Below, piece by piece: positions 51,301-59,530 of a stretch of 64,000 nt of DNA. The notes under the pieces are model-generated. The model was not told the origin of the DNA and did no database searches. It was given only the letters and a program-made list of their open reading frames with translations. The translations under genes and the position numbers were made by a program. This DNA comes from an uncultured Thermoplasmatales archaeon (GTDB lineage: Archaea > Thermoplasmatota > Penumbrarchaeia > Penumbrarchaeales > Penumbrarchaeaceae). Numbering within the stretch: the first letter of the stretch is position 1; each line of letters opens with the position of its first letter. The stretch spans positions 101,552 to 165,551 of the forward strand of contig CAZLVP010000002.1 in the NCBI GenBank assembly GCA_964563055.1, read 5' to 3'.

Positions 51301-51494
51301 CTAGGGGCCCATCCGGACTTCCGGCCACAGCACCAGCTGCTCTCGGCCCGGCGGCTGCTGAGCCCCGCAAGGAACCTGTTAGGATCCAGTGCAGAAAATG
51401 CAAGGCGGTCCAGGTCGTTACCATAGACAAGAGGCCCGCAGAGGTCCCGTGCAGGGAATGCGGTGTCACCCTCCTCATACCCGAGAAGAAGTGA
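45312..51494 (+). CDS. Giant surface protein (about 2060 aa) built from about 17 tandem CARDB/DUF11-like domains (xNxGN motif repeats), with a C-terminal TM helix and a cytoplasmic coiled segment plus a C4 zinc ribbon
   Basis: Signal-anchor MLSITIMLIASGLAVFIY. Repeats carry VKNEGNDQDGYNL / VTNMGNGEDRYNL / VTNKGNDQDTFDL / LQNKGNGRDAFDL / IENQGNKEDTFRIEV and similar. C-terminal TM WLLAVLLILFLIALLVAVFIGW, then CRKCKAV...CRECG. Confidence 0.7.
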   Translation: MSADWKKYLMLSITIMLIASGLAVFIYNLPFAESAGAYDVSLTVDNASKEVSVGQSVSYLLTIKNEGNNGDRYNIASSVSQKPTASWQVTLSQTTTGNIGSGSSTTFTVQVRAPSNATIESYCYVTVTVTSQTDAKNSTASLLLTTNVKRSYGVSMTSPGIRYLNPGGSTTYTFNVKNEGNDQDGYNLQAITIPTGWVASIDFNSGKFAPTTTKQAKLTVQSPSNAKALTYQFQVKASSITDNLTSATMTISAVVNQTYGCLVSSDGVKTVDITTQSVVAFNVRVTNMGNGEDRYNLELYVPPASSSKGWSGGLSASQTSKLQPDVSQNVTLSIFTPSKSTNPAKGSVADFYVNSTSVGDPTLKRQVKVSCSVLAYYDVSIANTGASTKTVDPDSTTTFTFTVTNKGNDQDTFDLDVSFPEGFRDSFLEPSTITLAAQATGTVTVTIDPDADLVKAQSYGFRINVNSTTHNAKAYSDFSASISKKYGAYLDAPNGAIVTNGQPGSTYKVQVRLQNKGNGRDAFDLTVKGETGTIESTWRPLVSSSSTPLLSSEGWFYFNVTVVAPTTANEGTYRFLVNATSQNNLSTKKTLFLSVQIPQLYSVDISANKQSVKAKFSNASGPVEKATFNLDVYNRGSGTDPSITLYVKSVPSAFTGLYSIYFTENDKSKISINAGQSKPAKLDMDMPKIGSGVAAGTYSIVVEVVSDNGTITKTSDDKRTEITLSLILEPVHRVQILAGINSSQVNIGSEIQFRVIIQNRGTTSDYYQISLNHPNYGTKVKWSIPDTNLTTKILAPLEQESIYLTASVATGADPNWGSVWVKVTATHSSDMTVKDEKYFTAIFADAFSGDLSTTSNFRQTEPGKRAWYNITLENWGTRTSDTFRIEIEDEFEFDNIAISPSTITLSPNQRVRVSINISIPSINDKIIPTGTYDMVFRAVSEGPTTQKNDDVVVDNITLKLKVMPVYKVEFLIPQGSSTVDVGTTLKGVKLNVTNKGNEVSSVTMTIDPTTQSKYNSWVTITPGTISNLKPNAATDALVDIKVPSTAAAEKVTITFRATVSGKSVYSTATFDVIVDENYKVDLLVSDSITVKDADPKDTVSYTVKLVNEGNTVDGFTIELSSSRSTWASFGFKTGNTNTSDTFRDNIAVKVETNIWLKIIVPENAPAGEVTFTITAKSKGDEVKTDSISLRVNVKARRAVELSISEESKDLVPDVDAEYTEVTYDVQVINKGEASDSFKLEVVSTTSYHPSDIDWASTPKSDHPTWVILSKKVTGTIAKDNSETIKVTVKVPKDDYIPGKFDSVIWAYSEGDTGRSDDIYSRVLVLTTNIKQAYGSDILGDDLYRTRLDTMDSSKIYAVYNIMVRNTGTGQDDFKLELREELPIDFVFSYTPNTPQVFDVAKGATSSITVKVEMPVTTLTQKYTFELRWVSAGEDGSWDNTKDYVTQWKEITIDVAQTYGVSLDVVNDKLESEVGKDVTFDLTIENQGNKEDTFRIEVNELSDTTWSTLSKVKVTLQAQGKTGDDSKFVLTVRIPLDTEKAEAGKYFFNVTVKRDSNNKAEWEKATNFVNLQLTVKESFDHVLTSEDEEEKAKLGEKATFTFKVQNKGNDVDTYQMSVKGTKNKWAKLTPTTLTLDPKEEAYVTLEVTVPYLGETTLGTYVLDPEEVKAGQYDFDVEVRSTGSSDEDIETLTFTLEVEQFFEASLSSSDPATTTSQPYSWNVNDVKTLELEFTIENLGNKDDTFFVKVPTAPTGWSISITPTRPIVRIGDAQTFKVSIDFNRVSGFEYGNKSLRFEVQPANGAIEGKNGRISVTFHLWAKTPDLVVTESAMKVPSPMSPGEKYKIEVTVRNTGDFKAEDAEIALYDGNDQIDVTTEDIAAGGSVTLTFDYSAKTGSRNLRVVVSPDLIERDTSNNEAKVTREVSAFSLSSILSSGWLLAVLLILFLIALLVAVFIGWNSKREVRELEDVVARLKAERGMDKGGPRKTIKEASGAPMPSRGPSGLPATAPAALGPAAAEPRKEPVRIQCRKCKAVQVVTIDKRPAEVPCRECGVTLLIPEKK

Positions 51495-51518
51495 GAGCAC
51501 TTCACATGAAGACCAAGG

Positions 51519-51550
51519 GGCGGAGCTCAAGGGCTCCGCCTTTTTTTTTT
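51519..51550 (+). terminator. Intrinsic-type terminator: 8-bp GC stem-loop followed by T10
   Basis: GGCGGAGC-TCAAGG-GCTCCGCC followed by TTTTTTTTTT immediately after the giant gene. Confidence 0.7.
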
Positions 51551-51618
51551 AAGAAACCTATTTATATAGCGCAACATTCCCTGCATGGATTTCCCATGTT
51601 GTAGCAGGAGGTATAGAT

Positions 51619-51882
51619 ATGGTCAATGAGACAGGCAATAAGAAGCTCGAGCAGGTCGCAACGCTCCTTGACATGCTCTCAGAGGACACTTCCGTTCCAC
51701 GGAACATACGGAAGGGTGCCAAGGATTCCAAGGAGAGGTTGTTCGACAACAGGACCGCCCTGGACGTCAGGTGCGCAGGTGTGGTCTCGGTGCTCGAGGA
51801 ACTGTCCAATGACCCTAACATCCCTCTTCATGCCAGGACCCTTATCTGGAACGCCACGAGCGTGCTCGAGAGCATAAAATAG
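51619..51882 (+). CDS. Small conserved archaeal protein (UPF0147-like)
   Basis: 87 aa. The SVPRNIRKGA...NDPNIPLHARTLIWN pattern is recalled from the UPF0147 family. Confidence 0.45.
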   Translation: MVNETGNKKLEQVATLLDMLSEDTSVPRNIRKGAKDSKERLFDNRTALDVRCAGVVSVLEELSNDPNIPLHARTLIWNATSVLESIK

Positions 51883-52021
51883 GGATCTGAGGGCCCCTTC
51901 TCGCCATTTTTGTCATTTACTACCTTTAGGTCCGATAAGGACCTGTGTGGCCTCGCACCCATCCTGTCCTCCCAGGATAGAAATATATTTTAGTCGAGGA
52001 AACATCTCCCAGGGCGGGTGA

Positions 52022-53086
52022 GGGCTTACGTCCACAAGGTGTCCCAAGTGCGGAAGGAACAATTACGGCGAGGTCAAAAAATGCTCGTTCTGCGGTTCAG
52101 CTCTCGTGTTCGTTCCAGGGGAAGAGGCCCCCAACGTTGCGAAGGAGGACGAGATCCAGGAAAAGCTGGCATCGATGAAGGTCTCAAGGATCAGGAACCC
52201 GTTCCTTATGGGGGCGGGTGGCATGGTCTCTCTGGTAGGTGTCCTTCTGGCTGTGGTCATCTACATAGTTGTGATGTTCGTACTGTTCACTCCGACCGAT
52301 ATAGAACCCGTCTATACCCTTGGTGCTTGGCACTACAAGATGAGCGACCCGGAGCAGTACGTGTTCGGGGAGATAACAAGGGTCGTCGATGACAAGGACA
52401 CTCCCTGGGAGGGTGGGGACCATGGTTACTTCAGGTTGAAGGCATACGAGATAGCCGGCGACGGAATAGACAATCGGGTCATAGCCCACAGGGACGGTCG
52501 TGTCGAAAAGGAACCGGATGTATGGGTCTATTCGAGAGAGGACCTGGGAAAGAAGGGTGACAGGGTCCTCATCAAGGTAGTTGAGAAGCCAAACGAACTG
52601 GGGGAGGAGAGGGCGGTCGCGACCGGTCCCGCCTCATGGGGAAGCAAGGGTTACATCTCCGGTTGGATATTCCTGCTCCCTGGAATCCTCTTGATCCTGA
52701 TAGGTATCTCACTTGCAGCAGTTGGCTTCATAGGCAAGGCCGACAGATCGATGGAGCGGTTGTTCCAAGAGGACCAGGAGCTAAGGCGTCAGCAACTGAT
52801 GCTCAAGGAGGCCGCCAGGAAGCAAATGGCGGAGAAGCAGAAACAGGCCCAATGGTCCGATTATTCGGCCCAGAGGATCGCCGCCATTGAGCAATCGACC
52901 GGGGACCAGGCATCGGCCCCGCTCCCATCGGACGAGATGATAGCCCCCCTTGCCCAGCCGGCCGCCCCGACCGCTGCACCAGTCTATCAAGCTCCGGTCA
53001 TAACAGGGCAACCACAGGTCGCCCAACCGGCACCGGTAGCTCCCGTTCAGGCACCGATACCACCCGCGGTGCAACAGCCCAAATGA
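52022..53086 (+). CDS. Membrane protein with an N-terminal cytoplasmic zinc ribbon, two TM helices around an ecto-domain, and a Q/A/P-rich C-terminal tail. Start codon unresolved
   Basis: The frame is open from 52022. CPKCGRNNYGEVKKCSFCGS is encoded at 52040-52099 with no in-frame ATG/GTG/TTG upstream. The first canonical start (GTG 52106) lies after the ribbon. Confidence 0.45.
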   Translation, partial: GLTSTRCPKCGRNNYGEVKKCSFCGSALVFVPGEEAPNVAKEDEIQEKLASMKVSRIRNPFLMGAGGMVSLVGVLLAVVIYIVVMFVLFTPTDIEPVYTLGAWHYKMSDPEQYVFGEITRVVDDKDTPWEGGDHGYFRLKAYEIAGDGIDNRVIAHRDGRVEKEPDVWVYSREDLGKKGDRVLIKVVEKPNELGEERAVATGPASWGSKGYISGWIFLLPGILLILIGISLAAVGFIGKADRSMERLFQEDQELRRQQLMLKEAARKQMAEKQKQAQWSDYSAQRIAAIEQSTGDQASAPLPSDEMIAPLAQPAAPTAAPVYQAPVITGQPQVAQPAPVAPVQAPIPPAVQQPK

Positions 53087-53112
53087 ACATGCAGTGGCTG
53101 GAAGGCCAACGA

Positions 53113-53517
53113 TCATCGTCTTCCTTGGCCTTCCTCAGTTCCGGAGAACGGGTCCTTCCAAGGATGGACCGCCCCCAATGTACCGAAGACAAGGTTGGAA
53201 AGCCAAACGATCACTAGCACACCAGCGCCCAAACCCTCGATCTCAAAACCCATGGGTGACAATTGGGCGAAGAACCTCATTATGGTCAGGACCAGCACTG
53301 TCTCGAAGGACGACCAGATGAGGGCGGCGGTCAGTGCAAGAGGGAGCCGCTCCGTGGAGCGGGTCAACCTGGTCCCGAGCGCTGAAGATAGGTAGGGGAC
53401 GATGGTGACCGCTAGAATTGGGCCTATGGCCGGTATTACTGCAAGGGGCAGGGAAGCGGTGTAGATGGCAAGCGACACCACCATCCCCCGAATGAACGAA
53501 GGCTGTTTGTCCGGCAT
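53113..53517 (-). CDS. Small polytopic membrane protein
   Basis: 134 aa with four hydrophobic segments. Confidence 0.4.
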   Translation of the reverse strand: MPDKQPSFIRGMVVSLAIYTASLPLAVIPAIGPILAVTIVPYLSSALGTRLTRSTERLPLALTAALIWSSFETVLVLTIMRFFAQLSPMGFEIEGLGAGVLVIVWLSNLVFGTLGAVHPWKDPFSGTEEGQGRR

Positions 53518-53649
53518 TGAGCGCTCACCGGTCCGTTCTTGGGCAGGCCCAGCAGTGACAAAGAAGGCCCCTACCCAAATCTTTTATAGATTCGCCATGA
53601 TATCATCATCCGGTATAAAATAGATGGCCGCCCAAGGGGGAGACACGAA

Positions 53650-53940
53650 TTGACCAAGATCAGGAAGATCGTCCTTGATGTCCTCAAACCTCATGAGCCA
53701 GACATAGTCGAGTACTCGGAGAGGTTGTCCGAGATGAAATACGTGACAGGGGTATCCATCTTCCTGGCCGAGGTCGATCAGGAGACCGAGAGCATAAAAG
53801 TTGTCATAGAGGGGCCATCGCTGAACTTCAAATTGATAAAGAGGGCCATAGAGGAGCTCTCTGGCTCCATCCATTCGATAGATGCGGTATATGCTGGAGA
53901 GAGGATAGTGGAGGAGGTTGACACCCCCCAGGACAGATGA
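53650..53940 (+). CDS. Small conserved archaeal protein (DUF211-like), TTG start
   Basis: TKIRKIVLDVLKPHEPDIVEY is typical of DUF211. RBS GGGGGAG 9 nt upstream of TTG 53650. Confidence 0.45.
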   Translation: MTKIRKIVLDVLKPHEPDIVEYSERLSEMKYVTGVSIFLAEVDQETESIKVVIEGPSLNFKLIKRAIEELSGSIHSIDAVYAGERIVEEVDTPQDR

Positions 53941-55385
53941 GGCCATCCATGATATCGATGAACCTTCCCGGCAGGGGCCGGTCCAGGCCCGCCCTCATTC
54001 TCACACTCGTAATTGTGGCATCGTCCCTGCTCCTGGCCTCGCACCCATTGCTTGAGGGAGGCACGACCGGTGAGGCCGATGCTCTAAGGCCCGTATCTCT
54101 GGCCATATCGCTCTATCCTAGGGGTGATGAAGGCAATGTGGTCAATGTCCTGACCGGACCCGGGACCACTGGGATGCAGAGCGTAAGAGGGAAGGTGGAC
54201 CTTTTCAGGTCGGCAAAGGCTTTGAGGACAAGGGTCCTTGCCAACCTATATTTCGAATCCAGCAGGCCCGATATAGTCCGAGGCAGCGTATTCCCTAGTG
54301 TGCTCGATTTCGACCCTATCTCCAAGTTCAACCACTCAGATATCCTGTTCAACATCTTTGTGACGCCCATGATCAATTACTCCTCGGTCGTTGGGGGTCT
54401 GATCAAGGTGAGGGTCTGGGGAGATTGGTTCACACCGTTCAACCAGGGGGTCGAGTCCTGGAGCACGGGTACCATCGATGAGTTCTACATCTATGTCAAC
54501 ATAAAGCCCTTCCATTATCTGGACCTCATGTTCGACCCCCCCATGGTGCAGATACGTCCCGGGGAACCAACCGAGCTTGAGGTAATAATAAGGAACAGGG
54601 GTAACGGGTACGAGAGGGTCGAGCTCTCCATTCCGAACGAGGCCACCTATGCGAAGAGCGGTTGGTCGTTCGAGTTCGAGAGCACGGTCCTTGACATCCC
54701 ACCAAGGGCGGATGGCAAGGTCGGACTGAAGGTGGTCCCACCAAGACGGCAGCAGTTCAAATACCACATGGAGGTACTCGACTTCAATGTTAGAGCGGTC
54801 TCCCACAACTCCAAGTTCCAGGTCATAGACGGTGACAGGTCCGAGGAGAACTGGTTCGAGATGTCGTTCTCAGTTTATACCCTCGGGTTCGATGCTGTGT
54901 TCGTCCCTTTCACATGGACCCTACTGTTATACTTGCTGTTCATTCTCATCATGTTCAACCTAGGCATCAACATGTTCACCATGAGGAAACGCAGGCTGCC
55001 CAAGGGCAAATACCCTGGTTTCATAGCCCTCTACAGAACGATCGGTCATCCTGAGAGGAGGGATGAGAGGGCAAGGGCGCGGCAGATCTCTAAGGAGCTC
55101 CGCAGGGAGGAGACCGAGAGGAAGAGGTTGGCCAAAGAGACCGAGGCCGCGAAAAGGCCCCATCTGCCCGTTCAGAGAGCAAGCCCCCTAACCCCCATCG
55201 CCACAAGGGAGGGGCCGAGGAAGGACGAAGATTTCGACATCGAGTTGCCCCCTATCAAAGCTGGGACCCCACGAACGGTCGGACCGAAGAGCGGTCGGTC
55301 GGTCCCCCTTCGGCCCCGGGGCAAAAAGGGCACCGAAGGGTTCGAGAACGAGGTATTGGACGTCCTGGGAAGCCTGGACGATTGA
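53937..55385 (+). CDS. Secreted bitopic membrane protein with a CARDB-like domain and a long basic/proline-rich cytoplasmic tail
   Basis: Signal peptide. IRNRGNGYERVELSI CARDB-like motif. TM WTLLLYLLFILIMFNLGI. Tail KRRLPKGK...RPRGKKG. The start overlaps the upstream stop (ATGA). Confidence 0.5.
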   Translation: MRPSMISMNLPGRGRSRPALILTLVIVASSLLLASHPLLEGGTTGEADALRPVSLAISLYPRGDEGNVVNVLTGPGTTGMQSVRGKVDLFRSAKALRTRVLANLYFESSRPDIVRGSVFPSVLDFDPISKFNHSDILFNIFVTPMINYSSVVGGLIKVRVWGDWFTPFNQGVESWSTGTIDEFYIYVNIKPFHYLDLMFDPPMVQIRPGEPTELEVIIRNRGNGYERVELSIPNEATYAKSGWSFEFESTVLDIPPRADGKVGLKVVPPRRQQFKYHMEVLDFNVRAVSHNSKFQVIDGDRSEENWFEMSFSVYTLGFDAVFVPFTWTLLLYLLFILIMFNLGINMFTMRKRRLPKGKYPGFIALYRTIGHPERRDERARARQISKELRREETERKRLAKETEAAKRPHLPVQRASPLTPIATREGPRKDEDFDIELPPIKAGTPRTVGPKSGRSVPLRPRGKKGTEGFENEVLDVLGSLDD

Positions 55386-55414
55386 AGGGACATCTCCGAG
55401 TGGAAGGAAGGAAG

Positions 55415-56653
55415 ATGACAGCCACAGACCTGCACGAACTGGTGGAGGCAGTGTTCCTGTCAAGGGGGTATTCCATCCTCATCTCCTCACGTGATAACAG
55501 ATACCTTCTACTGACAAGGGATGGTACCAAAACCGCTGTTGGGTACGGGGCCTTGGATTCAGCTCCCACCGAAGGAGAGCTCGAGATGTTCGTTTCCATG
55601 GCTGGGAACGATAGCGCATCAAGGACGGTGTTCCTGACACCGATCGTCCCGGGTAAGGAGGCCAGGGCGGTCCTTAAGAGGGAGAATGTCGCCGTTTGGG
55701 ACAGGATGGCATTGACCCTGGCCCTAGGAGAGGCCGCACTGGCAGGGGCCTGCGGGAAGGCCGAACGACCTGACACACCACCCCACCCCCCTTTCAATAA
55801 GACCAGTTCCGCACCTTCGATGTCCGGCAAGGCCGTGGTCGAAGCTGTGGATATCCGTTCCATGCTAAACATGGCCGATCAGGCCCCCGTTGAGATGAGA
55901 ACGGCCCCTTCGGAGCCCTCCACTGAGGTCCCAGAGCAGGTCCAGGAAGACCTTGGTGCGTCGCTCTCCGGTATGATGGAGATGCTTGGGGATATGTCCT
56001 TATCGATCATTGCCTCCTCCGCGCGACCAGATGTCCTTGTCAAGAAAGATCCCCCAGTCGAAGCATGGACCAATGTTCCCTGGACGGGGTTCCGGCTCGC
56101 TCCGGTCAAGCTCAACGGAGAGGAGGCCTGCGCCAAGGCTGGCGTTCAGGTGGACGCTGCGCCCGAGCTCATTCTATTCCCCCACCTGCTTCTGGACATC
56201 CGATATCGGTTGAGATCGGGGCAGTTGGAGCCGCTAGAAAGGACAGGGAGCTTCCTTATCAGTATGATCGAGGGACGCCCCAACGATATACCATCGGCCA
56301 TCTCCTCGGAACTGTGCTCGCTCCGGGACGTTTGGGAGGCCCCCTCATCCAAAGGGGTCCCGGTGGCCGCCGGGGCCGACCCCGACATGGACGGAAGGGC
56401 CATCCTTCTTGAAAGGCTCACAAAGGAGAACATCACCCAGGACCGGCTTGTGAGGGATTCTCTGATGAGCACTATCTACCAGGAGGTCACCTATGGCTTC
56501 GACCCATCTTCGTTCGAGGTGCTCAGGACCGAAAGGGTCCTGCTCCCGTTCTGGGTGGGACGGTCCCCTGAAGGTTCTGTCGAATGGTCGGTCGATGCTT
56601 TCCTGGGCAGGTTCATACCGGGTGTAAGGGACCATTGGTCCGTTCGGTCATAG
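55415..56653 (+). CDS. Hypothetical protein with a possible N-terminal restriction-endonuclease-like fold
   Basis: ATG 55415 with a GGAAGGAAGGAAG RBS. N-terminal roughly 100 aa with alternating beta/alpha and D/E/K residues. Weak assignment. Confidence 0.35.
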   Translation: MTATDLHELVEAVFLSRGYSILISSRDNRYLLLTRDGTKTAVGYGALDSAPTEGELEMFVSMAGNDSASRTVFLTPIVPGKEARAVLKRENVAVWDRMALTLALGEAALAGACGKAERPDTPPHPPFNKTSSAPSMSGKAVVEAVDIRSMLNMADQAPVEMRTAPSEPSTEVPEQVQEDLGASLSGMMEMLGDMSLSIIASSARPDVLVKKDPPVEAWTNVPWTGFRLAPVKLNGEEACAKAGVQVDAAPELILFPHLLLDIRYRLRSGQLEPLERTGSFLISMIEGRPNDIPSAISSELCSLRDVWEAPSSKGVPVAAGADPDMDGRAILLERLTKENITQDRLVRDSLMSTIYQEVTYGFDPSSFEVLRTERVLLPFWVGRSPEGSVEWSVDAFLGRFIPGVRDHWSVRS

Positions 56654-56724
56654 AAAGGCCGCACCCACGCCTGCCCATCAAGAACATTTATTGACCGGTT
56701 CACCATATCCTGTAGGGGGTTCAA

Positions 56725-58353
56725 GTGAAGTTCATATTCGTCTCGGGCGGCGTACTGTCAGGGCTTGGCAAGGGTATTGCCACCTCCTCCATCGGTCTCC
56801 TCATGAAGAGCTGCGGCTACAAGGTCACAGCGATCAAGATAGACCCCTACCTCAACTGTGACGCCGGGACGATGAACCCTTACGAGCATGGTGAGGTCTT
56901 CGTCCTCCACGACGGCGGCGAGGTGGACCTGGACCTGGGCAATTACGAGCGGTTCCTGGACACGAGCCTCTCATCGAAGCACAACATCACGACGGGTAAG
57001 GTCTACCTGACGGTCATAAACAAGGAGCGCAGAGGTGATTATCTAGGGAAGACCGTTCAGATAATCCCGCACATCGTCAATGAGATAAAGAGGTCCATAA
57101 CAGAGGTCGCCGCCGAATCCGGGGCTGATATCTGCATGGTCGAGATGGGTGGTACCGTGGGCGACATCGAGTCGATGCCCTTCCTCGAGGCCGCCAGACA
57201 GATGCATATGGAAATGGGGCCCCAGAACGTATTATTCGTACACACGACACTCATCCCAATAATGGGCGTGGTCGGCGAGCAGAAGACCAAGCCTACCCAA
57301 CACTCGGTAAAGGAGCTCCGCTCGATAGGTATCACCCCGAACATTATAATCGGCAGATGCTCCGAACCGCTCGACCAATCGACCAAGGATAAGATCTCCC
57401 TTTTCTGCAATGTCAGGCCGGAGGCGGTCATCTCCGCACATGATGTCAAGAACATCTACAAGGTCCCCCTCATGATCCATGAACAGGGGGTGGTCCAGAT
57501 AATCTCGTCCCTAATGGGCCTGGATGGACGGCCCTGTGACCTGACCGAGTGGTCACGGTTCGTTGACAAGTTCGATTCGGCCACCGGGACGGTCCGGATA
57601 GCAATAGTTGGAAAGTATACGGGGTTGAAGGACTCCTACATATCCCACTTCAAGGCCTTCGAGCACGCCGGGGCGGATGTGGGGGTCAGGGTGGACCTCG
57701 AATGGATCGACGCCCCCGAAACAGGCCCCGATTACGAGAAGGAGAGGGCCGAGATGATCGATAGGCTCTCGCAGTGCCAGGGCATACTCGTCCCCGGCGG
57801 GTTCGGATCGAGGGGTACCGAGGGGAAGATAGAAGCGGTCCGTTTCGCAAGGGAGAACGACGTCCCGTTCCTGGGGATATGTCTTGGTCTGCAGATGGCA
57901 GTGGTGGAGTACTCCCGGAACGTCCTGGGGATGTCCAAGGCCAACTCAACGGAGTTCGATCCCGACACCCCTTACCCGGTCGTGGACATCCTCCCCGAGC
58001 AGCTAAGGGTCACCCAGAAGGGGGCCACCATGAGATTGGGCGCCCAGAAGAGCATAGTTACGAAGGGGACCAAGGCTTACGAGCTCTACAAGAGGGAGGA
58101 GATCTGGGAGCGTCACAGGCACCGGTATGAGATCAACCCTGATCTGTTGGACAGGCTCAGGAAGGGTGGTTATGTCTTCTCCGCTGTTTCGGAGGACGGT
58201 ATCAAGATGGAGATAGGCGAGCTGCCAAAGAACCGGTTCCATTTAGGTTGCCAGTTCCACCCCGAGTTCCTTTCGCATCCCGTCAAACCCGCCCCATTGT
58301 TCCTTGGCCTTGTGAGGGCCGCAATGGAGATGAAGCGCAGCAAGGGGGTATGA
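56725..58353 (+). CDS. pyrG: CTP synthase
   Basis: GTG start with a [32 protein letters not shown] glutamine amidotransferase Cys. HPEF C-terminus. Confidence 0.95.
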   Translation: MKFIFVSGGVLSGLGKGIATSSIGLLMKSCGYKVTAIKIDPYLNCDAGTMNPYEHGEVFVLHDGGEVDLDLGNYERFLDTSLSSKHNITTGKVYLTVINKERRGDYLGKTVQIIPHIVNEIKRSITEVAAESGADICMVEMGGTVGDIESMPFLEAARQMHMEMGPQNVLFVHTTLIPIMGVVGEQKTKPTQHSVKELRSIGITPNIIIGRCSEPLDQSTKDKISLFCNVRPEAVISAHDVKNIYKVPLMIHEQGVVQIISSLMGLDGRPCDLTEWSRFVDKFDSATGTVRIAIVGKYTGLKDSYISHFKAFEHAGADVGVRVDLEWIDAPETGPDYEKERAEMIDRLSQCQGILVPGGFGSRGTEGKIEAVRFARENDVPFLGICLGLQMAVVEYSRNVLGMSKANSTEFDPDTPYPVVDILPEQLRVTQKGATMRLGAQKSIVTKGTKAYELYKREEIWERHRHRYEINPDLLDRLRKGGYVFSAVSEDGIKMEIGELPKNRFHLGCQFHPEFLSHPVKPAPLFLGLVRAAMEMKRSKGV

Positions 58354-59505
58354 ACGGCGCTGCCATATGCCTCCGGTGACAGGCTCCTTATCCATCTTCT
58401 GCAAAGGGCCGGACCGGCCGACCCCGCATCGAGCTTCTCTGACCAGGAGACAATTGCCAAGGAGTGCGGGATAGGCAGGACCCATGTGCCTAGGGTCCTT
58501 GCGCCCCTCATCTCCGATGGTCTTGTCGTCGAGGGGTTCGGCAGGACCCCGGGCAAGCCTCGAAGGGTAAAGGTCTACAGGTTGACCGAAAAGGGTGCCG
58601 CTTCTGCCTCGGTAATATTGGACCGGGCAAAAGAGGAGCCCATCTCCTGGTCCGGACCGGACGGGGCATTGAGAGAGGAGAAGCTGGTGGACGCGTCAAG
58701 GAGATTGAACGATGAGCTGTCGGCCCTGAAGAGGCCGTCCCTATCCTTATCGGTCCTTCTCTCAACATCCAGCAAGCTGAGGTGGAACGAGGTCCTCTGG
58801 CTGTCCGCATCCATGGGGGCTGCGACCCACAAAGGTTACTGTATCCCCAAGGGATATACCATATCCATCCCGCCCAAACCACCCTTCAAGCTGGTTGGCA
58901 GGGCCAAGGAACTGGGTACGCTCGACCGGCTCCTGAAGGAGGAGAGGTTCGCCGTGGTCACTGGGTCTACGGGTATGGGCAAGAGGACCCTCATATTGGG
59001 CCATGCAAATCTCAGGGGCCTAAGGGTCCTCTGGTTGGAGCGGGGGTCCTCCGATGAGCTTTGCATGGATGAGGGAAGCTACGACCTGGTCGTGCTCAAC
59101 GGCCCAGGGGAGATGGACCTATCCGGGGTCCTGATGGCCGGCGGAGAGCTGGAGGTCAGGGACCCTCGGGATGGTTCCTGGCCCGATAACCTGAGGTCCA
59201 TCCCACTTGTCATGATGGTCGAGAGCGAGCTCAAGGTCAAGGGTAGCCCTATAGCACTGGGAGGGCTACCAATGGAGGTCTTTGTCAACAATTGTGTAGA
59301 GTTCGGGCTTCCCGTGACGTTGTCAAAGGCATTCCATTCGGCATGCGAAGGGTCTCCGTCAGCGCTTGTCTATCTTAGAGGACTTACCAGGGAAGAGGTG
59401 ACCTCTATCTCCGCTATGGAGAAGGACGATGCCGTCCTGAGGCTGCTTCTGGGCAGTAAGGGGTCCGGACCGGGGCATGGTCCCAACAATATCTCAAAAG
59501 ATTGA
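58354..59505 (+). CDS. Winged-helix DNA-binding domain plus P-loop ATPase protein. The N-terminal wHTH is encoded in frame directly after the pyrG stop and has no canonical start
   Basis: 58354-58485 encodes DRLLIHLLQRAG...SDQETIAKECGIGRTHVPRVLAPLISDGLVVE, a clear wHTH. First in-frame start GTG 58486. Walker A VVTGSTGMGKRT further along. Confidence 0.5.
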   Translation, partial: TALPYASGDRLLIHLLQRAGPADPASSFSDQETIAKECGIGRTHVPRVLAPLISDGLVVEGFGRTPGKPRRVKVYRLTEKGAASASVILDRAKEEPISWSGPDGALREEKLVDASRRLNDELSALKRPSLSLSVLLSTSSKLRWNEVLWLSASMGAATHKGYCIPKGYTISIPPKPPFKLVGRAKELGTLDRLLKEERFAVVTGSTGMGKRTLILGHANLRGLRVLWLERGSSDELCMDEGSYDLVVLNGPGEMDLSGVLMAGGELEVRDPRDGSWPDNLRSIPLVMMVESELKVKGSPIALGGLPMEVFVNNCVEFGLPVTLSKAFHSACEGSPSALVYLRGLTREEVTSISAMEKDDAVLRLLLGSKGSGPGHGPNNISKD

Positions 59506-59530
59506 TTAATCAAGAGATATCATCACAACA

